NCBI GenBank assembly: GCA_001724265.1
Contig: MEDY01000064.1
Location: 1 to 64,000, forward strand
Length of the DNA: 64,000 nucleotides
Reading direction: 5' to 3'
DNA from: Rhizaria sp. SCN 62-66
Lineage: Eukaryota
The notes under the pieces are model-generated. The model saw only the letters and a program-made list of their open reading frames with translations. It was not told the origin of the DNA and did not search any database. Below are positions 32,700-44,999 of this stretch, piece after piece (the stretch's first letter is position 1; each line of letters begins with the position of its first letter). Made by a program: the position numbers and the translations under genes.

Positions 32700-35600
32700 A
32701 TGTTGGTACGTCTACTGTGTTATTTTGATATCTTGTAAAACCTGCTTCTATCGCGTATGCCAGGAGCCGAGTTTCATCCCACCCCACGTCGCCTCATCCT
32801 CAGAAGATTCTTTCATTTCTCTCGCCGCTCACTTTCCCCACAGGGTGTCACGACAAAGGCTACCAGCCAGATTGACATCGGCAACGTTCTTACCGACTAT
32901 GTCAAACAAAACTACTCCCCTGAGGACGGTACGTGCCATTTCCACCTCACATTGTCTCTTTTGTCGATTTAACTTCTCACCGTGCATCGCCATGCATTGC
33001 ACACCGCTCACAGCCACATTTTCGTTTGCCTTATGTGTTTTCTCTGCCCATACTCCGTGACACACCACTACTCATCCACAGCCAAGTCCATCCAGTCTGG
33101 CTGCTCCGCTCTGAACTCGCAGCGCGCAGCCTTGCTCTCGGCGCTGGACAGCAACGCGTCTCTGGCCGACTACAAGGCCGCCTTCAACGCCTACATCGGC
33201 TCCTTCCACCTCGCCACGCGCCGCTTCCCCTTCGGCGACGACGCGCGCACGGGCTTTCTGGGTCACCGCCTGGGCAAGCCGCGCGCCGTGCACATCCACT
33301 TCACCTACGTCGACGCGCTGTGCCCCGCGAACCAAGCCGCGTCGACGGACCCGCGCTACGAACTCTGCGCGCAGGTCTTCAACTATGCCGCGCGGCTCTC
33401 GCGCGAGGCGCTGGCCGCCAAGGCGCGCCCTGAGGGCGGGCTTAATGACGCCTGCAAGCTCTTCCGCGAAGCGGCGGGCGCGTTCGACTTCCTGGCCCAC
33501 CCCAAGCTGGTGATGCCGCTGCCGGTGTCGATGGACATCACGCCGCCCGTCGCGGCCTTTTTCGCACAGCTCATGCTTGCGCAGGCGCAGGTGTGCGTCT
33601 TCGAGAAGGCCACGCAGAACGCCTTTTCGCCCGACCTCATCGCCAAGATCGCGGCGGACGCGCACGCCAAGTTCGCTGTGCTGCTCCAGCGGCTGGCCAA
33701 CGACTCGCTCGCCGTGTCCGCCACGGGCGGCATGTCCGTCGGCAAGTACTTCGCCGGATGCACCTTCAAGTGGGCCTCGAACGCGCAGCTGCAGGCAGGC
33801 CTCTACGCGGCGCAGGCCAGCTACTGGATGGCGCGCTCACGCTTCGAGGCGCGCAAGTGGGGCGACGAGATCGGTTACCTCCGCGTCGCGCTCTCACAGG
33901 TAGGCACACAGACACGCACATCTACGCGCAAGGGAGAGAACGTGAGGATCACGTGATATATTTCATATGTTGGTACTGATTTGTATGATTCATAGATCGA
34001 CTATGCTCGTCTTCGTTGTTTTTATCTTACCGCGACCGTTTCCTTTCCTTTCTCTTTCCCAATTGATCATTACGTTCCTCTCCCCTCGCCAGGTCGAGGC
34101 GACTCGCGCGTGCGACGGGGCAGTGCGCCTGGGCAACCCTGTTGCGGTGTCCCAGCGCGACGCACTGGCCACGTCGATCCGCGCGCGCCTGACTCAGGCC
34201 GAGCAGACCAACAGCACGGCTTACTTCGACGGGATCCCCGACTCGATGCCCTCGGTGCCCGCGCAATCGATGGCTACCATGGTCTCGTTCGACGAGGCCT
34301 GGGCCGCTGCCACGGGCTCGGCGACAGACGAGTTCCGCACGCTCGTCTCGCCCGAGGAGCGCGCCGCCGCTGCCGCAGTCGCCGCGGATCTGGGCAAGGC
34401 CGCCTCCGCCGCCGCCGCGGCCGCGGCCGCCAAGACTGCGGCCACGCGCGAGCGCCTCTCCGCGCTGTCGCTTCCGACCGCGCTGGACCTCTACGAGCGC
34501 GCCGCCGCCGCGCCCGCCGCTGCCGCCAGCGCCGCGGCCAAGCCCGAGGGGGCGGAGGTACCCGATGAGCTGTGGGCACGCGTGTGCGAATTCAAGACGC
34601 AGGGAGGTCTCGCGCAGCTGCGCCGCAGCGCCAAGGAGCTTGAGGTACGCAAGTGACACTGTCATTATCTTATATTGCGATGACTTGATCTACATGTTCA
34701 ATGTGATAATTCCTCCCTCATATCCAATGTCCACACTTTCACGATGTTCGACTCTTGCTTCTCTCTCTTTCTCTCCACATCTGCCCCGTAGGCCGCCTCG
34801 TCCGACGCGGCAGCGCGCGTGGCGTCGGCGAAGCAGGCGCTGGCGAACGAAGCCGCGGGCGACGCCGCGATGCGCGCCCAGTTCCAATCGCGCTGGCAAC
34901 GCTCTGCCTCGGCCCCGCTGAGCTCCTCGCTGACGGACATGCTCGCCGGCGTCGAGGGGCTGCTGGCCGACGCCGCGGGGGTCTCGCGCGCGGTCATTGC
35001 AGACCTCGCCGCGGCCGAACCCGCGCTGCAGGCGCTCGATGCCGACCGCATCACCATCGCGCGCGCGCTCCCGAGGCCCGCGCCCGTCGCGGCGGGCGGC
35101 GCGGCGGCTGGCAAGCCTGGGGCCGCGGCGGCCACGGCGGCGGCGGCGGCGCTGCGCAAGGCCCTTGACGCACTGACGGCGCTGCTGGCCGAGCGCGAAG
35201 CCCTGGCCAGAACTGCGCTCGCCGCGGCGGGCGTCGAGGGCGACGCGCACGCCGACGCGCACGGCGTCGCCGCGAAAGCGGGCACACCCACCGCTGCTGC
35301 TGGGGCCAGTGCGGCCGGGGCGAAGCTGGACGTGCTGGGCCGCATCCACGCAGGCGCCGAGGCGGGCAAGGGCCGCGAGACGGTCGCCGCGGACCTGGCC
35401 GCCGAGCTCGCCGCGCACACCGACAAGCTGGCCGCCGTGGAGCCCCGCGAGGCGGCGCTGCTGCAGGAAGTCGAGTCCGCCAACGCATCCTTCGTCGCGG
35501 CGACGACCGCGTTTAGCGCGAGCGGCGGCGGCGGCGGCGGCGCAGGCGGCGACCCCGCGCTGTCGGCGGCGCTGGGGGCGCTGTACGGCGCTTGCGACAC

Positions 35601-36135
35601 GGCGGCCAAGCTGCGCGCGAGCCTGGACGAGGGCCGGCGCTTCTGCGCGGACCTGCAGCGTGACACGCTGGAACCGCTGCAGCAGCGCGTGGGCGACTTC
35701 GTCATGGCGCGCGACATCGAGAAGCGCGTGCACATCGAGGACCTGACTGCCGCGCTGGGCGCCATGGCCGTCACCACCACGCCCTCGGGCGGCGCGCCCG
35801 GCTCCAGCAGCCTCGCGGGCAGCGCGGGCAGCGCGGGCTTCGCGAGCCACGGCAGCAGTGGCAGCACCAGCGGCGCTGGGATGAACAACAGCTACAGCGG
35901 CGGCTCGTACGGCGGCGGCAACAGTGGCATGAGCAACAACAACAGCGGCGGCTACTACGGCCAGCAGCAGCAGTACGGCAACAGCGGCAGCTACAACAAC
36001 CAGCAGCAGCAGCCACCGCAGCAGTACTATGGCGGCTACCCGCCGCAGCCGCAGCAACAGCAGCACCAACAGCCTTGGGGCGGCTACAACAACAATAACA
36101 ACAACAACAACGGCGGCAACCAGCAGGGCTGGTAA
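32700..36135 (+). CDS. BRO1-domain ESCRT accessory protein (ALIX/Bro1-like), ~934 aa
   Basis: Five exons: 32700-32705, 32844-32928, 33082-33899, 34093-34644, 34792-36135 (2,805 nt, TAA). Bro1-like motifs YELCAQVFNYAA, ACKLFREAAGAF, LMLAQAQVCVFEKA and WGDEIGYL. V-domain-like LDEGRRFCADL. G/N/Q/Y/P-rich tail. Confidence 0.88.
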
Positions 36136-36548
36136 TTGAACGTTTTTTGTCTGATGGTTGTTCGCGACAAGAGTTTCAGGAATGTTTTAATAACGAAAGA
36201 AGAAATGACAAAACAAACAATCAATGTTTAGCAGATGATGATTTGTAATCGTATGAGAACTTTATACATGACATTAATACAGAGTTAAATTGAAAGCGTG
36301 TATTGTTGTTGCTAGTGTCGACGCGAAGAACGCGTTGAGTCATGAGTCATGAGTTGGTGCTCACCTTCGTGATGAGTCCACGTGTGCAACAAGACACATG
36401 TCACATTTCTTTTTAAAATTACTATATACTCGTAGAAACAAATTATTTTGAAAGTCGAAAACACAGCGTATATGAATCGCTATGTTAATATGAGCACTCG
36501 CCGTCGACGGTTTGCATTTGCTTACCACGCAATTTCGCCCACATCGCC

Positions 36549-39500
36549 TTACCAGCGATTGCCGGGCCGTAGCAGTGTGCCACCGCCGCCGTAGGCGCCG
36601 CCCGCCTCCTCGTCGCGGCCCGTGCCCACATTCGCGCCGTACATGGACGCGCTGTTGCCGCCATAGCCACCACTGCTGCTGTAGCCGCCGTTGGCATATC
36701 CGCTATTGGCGTAGCCACTGTTGCTGCCGCCGTTGCCGTTGCTTCCGCTGGAGCCGCCGTGCAGCTGCCGCGACGAGAGCCCTCGCGTTAGGCTGCCCCC
36801 AAACGCGGCGCCGCTGCAGTACCCGCCGTACGAGCCGTAGCCACCCGCGCCGCCAGGGCTGGCACTGGCGGCCGCGGCCGAGGCGGGGCTGCTCGCGAAG
36901 AGGTTGTTGTTGTCCCCCATTGGCGCGAGCGTGAACGCGTTGTGCGTGTCGGCGAACACGGTGACCGTGAACGCGGCCTCTTCCCCGGGCGTGTAGGTCG
37001 CGGGACACACGGTCAGCAGCGTGCCTGCGGGCACAGGTTCCGAGAGCACGAGCGACACGTCCTGCGAGTGCGCGAACTTGGTCATCTTGCGCGGAATGCT
37101 GCCGTCAGCCGTGAGCCGCTGGCCGCCCGCCGTGGCCACAAAAAGCCCGATCGCGGGCAGCACGCGGCCCTGCACCTGGCCTTGCTGCTGCTGCTGCTGC
37201 TGCTGGGCGGGCAGCGGAGACTGCTCGAGCAGGAACTTGAGCCGGCAGGGCGCGCGCACGGCGACCACGAACTGCGGGTTGCTGGCGACGCGCTTGCCGC
37301 CGCCGCCGGCGGTGCCCTGCGCCTCGAGCCAGGCGCCCGAGACGCGGTCGAAGGCGGGCCACTGGCGGCGCTCCTGCTCGGCCAGGTCCGTGACCGTCAG
37401 CGCGGGGTCGTCGGAGTAGATCTTGACGGTGAACATGTTGTACTCGCGCGGGTCCAGCGTGGTGACGATGAGCGTGTACGGGTGGCCGCCGTCCGTGGGC
37501 TCGAGCCAGCCCTCAACCATGCGCGTCGCCGTCTGCGAGTACGTCAGCTCCATGCGCGGTGCGCCGGTGCGCAGGTACCCGACGCGTTCGCCGCCATTGT
37601 CGTACAGCGCACCGCCGATGTGGTGGTAGCTGCCGCCGGAGGCCGTGCGCGTCACGCGCTGAGTCAGACACACGCACACGCGGCACCGGCGCGTGACCTG
37701 GATGCCGTACTGCGGGTTGTCTTTGAAAGTGGGGTGGTTGGCGCAGCCGCCGGCCTTGGCGACGCCCCACTGGCCGTGCAGCACGAGCCCCGTGGTCCAG
37801 ATCGCGGGCGGGAACATGCGGCACACGAACATATGCTCAAAGTGCAGCACGACGTCGCGCATCGCCATCCAGAACACGCCGTCTTTGCGAGACTCGACGT
37901 TGAGCTGCTGCCGCAGCGCCGGCGTCCACAGCGCGCTGCCGTCGCTCCAGTCGCCGTCCCACTCGTCGGAGCCGTCGCCCCAGGGGTTGAACAGCTTGAC
38001 GAGCTGCGCGCCGCCGCCCGAGGGCAGCGCGACCTCCTGGAGGTCGAGCACGGCGTAGGCGTGGCCCTGCTGGATGCCGTGGCGTGACTCGTGGTGGGAG
38101 CCCATCGGCGTGCCGCACGCCAGCAGCGAGCCCGTGCGCAGCCAGTCAGCCAGCTGCGCGAAGAAGCCCGCCGCGTTGACCGGCGACGAGAGATTCTTGA
38201 GGTAGAAGGAGCTGGACACGCCACCCGTCAGGTGTTGTAGGCCTTCGCTGGCGAAGCCGCCTGCGAGCGCGTGGTAGCCTCCGTAGAGCTTGGCAAAGGC
38301 TTTTTCGAGCAGAATCGGGTACAGATCGTTGCCGGTGCGCACAAAGCAGGGCTTGACGGCGCGCCCGCTGCCCGGCTGCACGTAGAAGGGGATGTAGTCG
38401 TCCACCGTCACCAGCACGGGCTCCCCGTCCTGGAACAATCGCACGGTGTAGCAGCCGCTGGTGTTGGGCCGGCGCGTCACCACGGCCTGCAGCAGCCGCA
38501 GCGGCGAGGTCGAGACGGTGGCCAGCGATGCCAGCACCCAGCAGTCGCCCAGGTCGCCCTGCGCCATATCCTGCGCCGTCACGGGCGGGCTGAAGACGCG
38601 GCGGCCCGGGAACGCCTCGCCCGCGCGCCGCCACTGCACCACGAGCCCGGCGCCGCGCGCGGCCGACTCGACCTCGTGCTGCGCCGCCGCGCCCAGCGCG
38701 CGCGCGTCGGGCGGGAACGCCGGGTCCGTGAAGCGCGCGCCGCGCAGCGCGGCCAGCGCGTTGTCGGGCGGCGCCGGCACCACGCGCTCCGCCTCGGCCA
38801 GCTCGGACTCGGTTAGCAGCGGCCGGTTGTAGACCTGGAACGCGAGGTTGTCCACGCGCAGCTGCTCCGCCGAGAGCGGGATGTAGCTGCCCGCGCCGCC
38901 GGGCGCTGCTGCGGCGTCAGCGAGGGCCTGTGGCGCGGTACCAGGGCCCGCGACACCGCCCGCCGCGACGGCAATGCTGCGGAGGCGCGCGCGGACGGAA
39001 GCCGTGGCGGCAGGGTCCGCGGACGGCAGCGGACCGTGGTCGCGCGTGGCCGGCAGCAGCAGCGCGGGCGGCGGCCCCACGCACAGCACGCGCTGCAGAC
39101 AGGGCAGCGAGACGGCGTGCGTGCTGTGGTGGCGCAGGCGGCAGTACGCGCACACCACGGCGTTGCCGCACGTCGCGCACACGAACGCTTCCTGCCACAA
39201 CCGCGGCAGCGAGTCGGCACTGCCTTCATTTGCATTCGCACCATTGGCAACAGCGTTCGCGCCCATGGCGGGCGACGAAATAAGGCCCTCCTGGAAGAGC
39301 CGGACCGCGTGCGCGCGCGTGCAGCCGCCGCCGTCGGTCACCGCGCGACAGGCAAACACTTCGTCGTTGCGCTTGGCCTCCTCCTGCGCGTGCGCCATCT
39401 CCAGTGCGGCCCGCTGCGCGCGCAGACGCTGCTGGCGCTGCCGCTCGGCCTCCTGCTGCTGCGCCAGCGCTTGCGCGCGGGCCTCGCGCTCGGCGCGCGC

Positions 39501-42500
39501 GAGCTCCTCCTGCTGCCGCTGCAGACGCAGCCGTGCCGCGGCCTCTTCCTCAGCGCGCTCGCGCTGCAGCTGCTGCTCGCGTAGCAGCTGCTGCTCGCGG
39601 TCACGAGCGCGTTGCAGCTGCTGTTGCTGCTGACGCTCGCGCTGCAGCTGGATCTGGCGCCTGTGTTCGCTCTCCTGACGTGCAAACGCCTCCATGCGGG
39701 CGCGCGCCTGGTCTTGACGCGCGCGCTCCTGCGCAGCCTTCGCCTCAGCTTCAGCACGGCGTTCTGCCGCGACAGCTGCCTCAACGGCCGCAAGCGCGCG
39801 CCGCTGCTTCTCGACGGCCTGCTTGCGCTCAGCTTCCTCCGCGCGCGCCTGCTCCTCAGCCAGGGCGCGCATGCGCCCTTCGGCTTCGTCGACGAGCGCG
39901 CGGGCGGCCTGGTCGCGCAGCGCGCGGCGGCGGCGCTCGCCGTGAAGCTCGGCCTCGTCGCGAACGGCGCGCTGCACGTCCCGCTGCGCCTCGGCCGCGG
40001 CGTGCGCCTTGTAGAGCGCGGCCAGGCGCGCTGCGAAAAGCGGGTCCTGTGCGAGGCGCAGCCGCTCCGCCTGCGAGATAGAGTCGACGTCGGGCACGGC
40101 GCTGCGCAGCACCTGCACCAGCGCGGCGTTCTGCAGCGCGAGCCGCGCGTGGTGCGCATGCACGACCTCGACGGCGACCTGCGCGTGCACGGCGGCGGCT
40201 GTCTGCGCCAGGCGCGCGTGCGTGGCGTCGAGCAGGTGCAGCAGCGCGAAGGCCTCGCGGCGCGACAGCCAGCGGCCGCGGAAGCGCACCTCGAGCAGCG
40301 CGGGCATCGCCGTGCGCGACAGGCGCGCCGCCGCGCGGGCCGAGATGGGCACGCGCACCGCCGCGGGGCGCTGCGTCGGCGACGGAGCCGGCACGGACGT
40401 TACTTGCTGCTGTTGCTGCGGCTGTTGCTCTTGCGGATGCTGCTGCTGCAGATGGGCGGCCATGTTGCTGCCAGGGGCAGCAGTGCCAGCAGGCGCAGGC
40501 GCTGCACCTACAGAGGCCGCGTTCACAGGAAGCGGCGCGGTGAGAAGCATGGTGCCCTTGGGCATCGGCGGCACAAGTCCTCCACTCGCACTCGCACTAG
40601 CCACCGCACTGGCGCTGCTGCTGCTGTTGAGCGTAGGGCCGTGTGAGGCCGATGCGGGCGCAGGGGCAGGCACGGAGAGCGGGATTTGCCCTTGCGCCTG
40701 TTGTGCGCTGTCCTGCACAAAGCTAACGCCCGTAAGCGCGTTCGCGTTACTACGGCTGCGATTACGGTTCCCACGCCTGTTATTGAAGCTGTAGGCCCAC
40801 ATCGGCGACGAGGCAGGCGCGTCGGAGCCGGCGCCCGTGCGCCCGGCGCCGCCGAGCGGGCCTGCACCACGCCACTGCCGGCTGCCGCGCGTCCTGCCCG
40901 CGCCCGCGGCGGCGGTTGTCGCGGCGTCGGCGAGCGCGAGGTCGGCCTGCTGCTCGCGCGAGCGGTCGCAGCAGACGGCCGTGAAGAGCGGCGGGATCGC
41001 GGCCAGCAGCTCGTCGCGCGCGCGCGCCACGGCGTCCGCGTCGAGCAGGGCCGCGTCGGCGAGCGAGCGGATCGAGACCTCCTCGACGCTAGCATCGGCT
41101 CTACTGATGTCCACCGCTGCGCCGGCCGCTGCTGAGCCAGAACTAGAGCCCGCGCCGCCGCCCCACGCGTCGGCAGCAAAGTCTGAGTTGGCGAGGCGGA
41201 GGCGGAAGCGCGCCTCGGTGCGGACCGCGGCCTCCGCGCGCGAGAGCAGGAGCTCGGTCTGGCGCTGAGTCAGCTGCGGCGAGTGCAGCCAGCGCGACAG
41301 CGCCGTCGTCTCGTCACCCTCCAGCACCGGCGCGCGCGTCGGCGGCGGGCGCGTTACTGCAGCAGTCGCCGCAGTTTTTGCAGCGGCGCTAGCGTCGGCG
41401 CTTGCTGTGGGCTGGTTGAGCGTTGATGCGACTGCAGTCATTGCACCAGCGGCGTTGTCGCCGTCCTTGCTGACGTCCGCGTTGTTCGCATTGCCGACGG
41501 TGTTGTCGTTGGTTTGCGGGATCGCGGAGGGCACAGTCGCAAGCATACCGAGTCCGACGTCGTGGGATCCGTTGCTGCCATAGTAGCCGTCGCTGCCGTC
41601 GTCGTGGTAGTCGTCGTGGTAGTCGTCGTCGTCGGTGTCGTCGTGATCGTAGTCGTCCTTACGCTCGTCCCGGCCGCCGCCGTAGTCGTCGTCGCTACCT
41701 CCACCGTTGCCCTCACCGTCGTCGGCGCCGTAGTCGTAGCCGCCGTAGAGCTCTGCGGCGCCCACGTCGCTCCACTGGACGCCACCCACGCCCGCAGTGA
41801 CACCCACGCTCGCGCGCGGACCCACTCCGCCGCGAGCAGCGCCGCCGTGAGCAGCGCCATCGTGAGAGACGCCACCACCGCTGGAGAGCGTGCTCGCGTG
41901 GCCGTCGCCCGCCGGGGCGCCGGGCGTGCTGGGGCGGCCGATGCCGCTCAGCCCATCGAGAGCGCCTGTGTAACCGCTGGGCAGCGCGGGGGACGCGGGG
42001 CTCGGCGGCACCAGGGATCCGGCGCGAGAGCTGCCGCTGCTGCCAACGGACCTGTTCCCATTCCCGATACTGCTGCCATTCGGCGGAGAGGAGCCCACCG
42101 CGTGCTCGCCGCCTCCAGTCGCCGCGATCGGCGCCCGCAGCGGCACTGGCACCTCCTCGGGCAGCGCGGCTGCTGCAGCGACGGTGGCGGCGGCTGCGGG
42201 CGCGGAGGCGGCCAGCGGGTCCGCGGAGGGCCGTCGCGACTGCGAGCGCGAGACGATGCGGGACGAGGGCCCTACGGAGCGGGGGCCGCGCGCGCCACCG
42301 CCGCCACCAGCAGCGGCAGCAGCAGCGGCGTCGCTGGCGCTGTTAGCGCCGAAGGTGGCCCCGGGGGCGGAGATGAGGACGCCCGTGCCCACCGCGGGCG
42401 CACCGCGGTCGTCGCCGTCGTCATCGCCATCGTTGTCGTTGCTGTGGGCCTCAGGGTGGCCGAGAGCGGCGAGCGACGGAGGCCGGGGCACAAAGCTGCC

Positions 42501-44967
42501 GCCAGCGCCAGTACCGTGACTATACGCGCCGGGGACCTGCAGCAACGACGCCGTCGCAGTCGCCGAGGCAGGCAGCGGCGGCGGCGGCGGAGGCGGCGGC
42601 TGCGGGGCCCGCACGGGGCTGCGGCCGGACGCCGACGGACCGCGCGCATTAGCACTGTGGGTGCTGTTGCTCTCATCGCTGTTGGTGCTGGCGGAGGGCA
42701 GGGCAGGCAGCGGCGCAAGGAACGTCGGCGCGCGGCTGCGGGGCGCGGCGGGAGTGAAGTTGGCGTTGGGATCGTTGTAATAAGTCACGTGAACAGACGA
42801 TGAGTCGGTCACAAGGCCCACCGAGTAGCCCAGGCCCTGGTCTTCCCCTTGGTTCTGCTCTTGCTCCCGCCCATAACCAGGTCCAATACCAGCGACAACG
42901 CCCTGAGAAAGCGGTATATGCGGCGGCGGCGGCGGCGGTGGCGGCTGCGGCGGCGCTAACGGCCCGGGACCGGCGCCATTGCCGGGCGCAGAGGCGTGCG
43001 CACTGGCCGGGAGCGCGAGGGTCGAGCCGCCGAGCACAAACCCCGTCGCGCCATCGCCCGCGCCGACCGCAGTCACGACGGGCTCAGGCACGGGGACCGC
43101 GATGGAGCGTGCGATGGGCAAATGTGCGAGCAATGCGCGAACCTGCGCGGCCCGCAGCGCCTCTGCAAACTCTGGCGAGTCGGGTCCGCCGAAGAAAGTG
43201 ACAGCCGCGGCGAGCTCGGAGTTGACGCTGTTGCGCCACATGAGCAGCGAGGTGGCGAAGTAGAGCAACGCGACCGAGGACACGCAGAGCCCCGCGGTGG
43301 GCGGCGAGATGAAGTACGCGGCCACCACGCCCCAGATGTAAACGATCGCGGTGAGCGCGAGCGGGAGCAGCACGCGGCCGTTGCGCAGCTGCAGCGGCGA
43401 AACGCGACCCGTGTTGGCGACGTACTCAAACACGGGCAGCAGCGCCTTAGAGAAGAAGAGGCCCGTGACGCGCAGCGAGTCGCGGCCCCACATGAGCGCC
43501 TCGCTAGCGCCGCCCTTGCCGCCCGCCGCGGCAGAGTCGGCGCCCGCCTGCGCAGCGGAGCCGGAGACGGCGGCCGAGGACGGCGTGAGCGCGAGCAGCG
43601 AGCTGTCGGTGTACTGGTCGCCGAAGGTGTAGAGCATGAGGATCAGGAGCGCCGTGAAGAGCACGCCCCAGGAGATGCTAAAGGCGATGAAACCCGAGCT
43701 GCCGGATACGCTGGCGACGACTGCAAAGCCCAGAAGCAGCAGCAGCAGCGGCGCAACCGCGCGCAGCGGCGTGAGCGACGGGAAGCGCGTGCGCAGCCAG
43801 GGCCAGAGGCGGCGCACGGCCAGCGGCGTCGCCGACAGCAGCGTGACGGCAAACAGCAGCCCAACGCCGATGATTACGGGCTTCACGAGCACCGCAACGG
43901 CGATGAGCGCGGCCATGACTGCAAGGTAAGCGAGCACGAATGCGCCCGTGGTGGTGTGCGTGACGCGGCCCTGGTCCAGCCGCAGCTTGCGCGTGGCGAA
44001 GACGAGCGCGACGACAACGACGTACCCGGCGGCAACGAGCACGGGCCAGATCGCCGGCGCGCGGTGCGGCGTGAGAAACCACACAAACAACGACGCGGCA
44101 ATAACGACAACGTTGAGCGCGACGGCCGTGGCAATCTCTGCGGACCACGCGCTGGCGTAGTACCAGCCCTCCATGGCGAAGAGCGCCGAGGGCAGCGCGA
44201 GCAGAAGCGCGGCCAGCAGCCAGCCGGGCCACGCGTGAGCGTCCCCGAGCACGATCGGCAGCGCGGACGTGACCGAGAGCGCGAGCGCGGCAAGCAGCGC
44301 GGCGCAGACAAGGTAGTCGCGCCTCGGGAGCCGGCCGCGCAGCAGCGAGCGCGCGAAGGGCGCCAGCGGCGGCGAGCGGTGCGCCGCGGGCGCGAGCAGC
44401 TTGTACCCATTGTCGACAATGAGGTTGTACGCGGCGTAGTCCAGCAGAACCACGGGCGGCACGAAGAGACAGGCCGTAAGCACGATAATCGAGGTCGTGA
44501 GCGCGTAGAATACGGCGCCTGCAGCGATGGCGGCGCCGTACCACAGCGCGGCCAGCACGGCGACGCGAAGCGACAGCCCCGCGGGGGAGTTGTCGTACAG
44601 GCGCTTGAGCGCGAAGCCCGAGAGAAAGAGCGCGACGAAGAAGAGCGCGGCGACGCCGGCCATGGATTGCGAATGCGAGTCGAGCACGACGATCGGGGGC
44701 GCGGACGAGTAGTGCGCGGCCACGGTGCTGGCGAGCATGCCCGCAGTGAGTAGCAGCAGCGAGATGACGTCGACGTGCCGCCGCAGGAATGCGGTCGCCT
44801 GGGCGCCGCAGGAGGGCTGCTGTGCGCCGCCGCCTTGCTCGCGCTGCCGCCGCTGCTGCTGCTGGTACTCGCACTCGAGCTGCTGCTGCTGGTGCTCCTG
44901 CTCCCGATGCAGCGAGTGCCGGTGCTGCCCACCGGGGCCGCCGGTCGCCACAGCCGCGGCGCCACCA

Positions 44968-44999
<32 letters not shown>
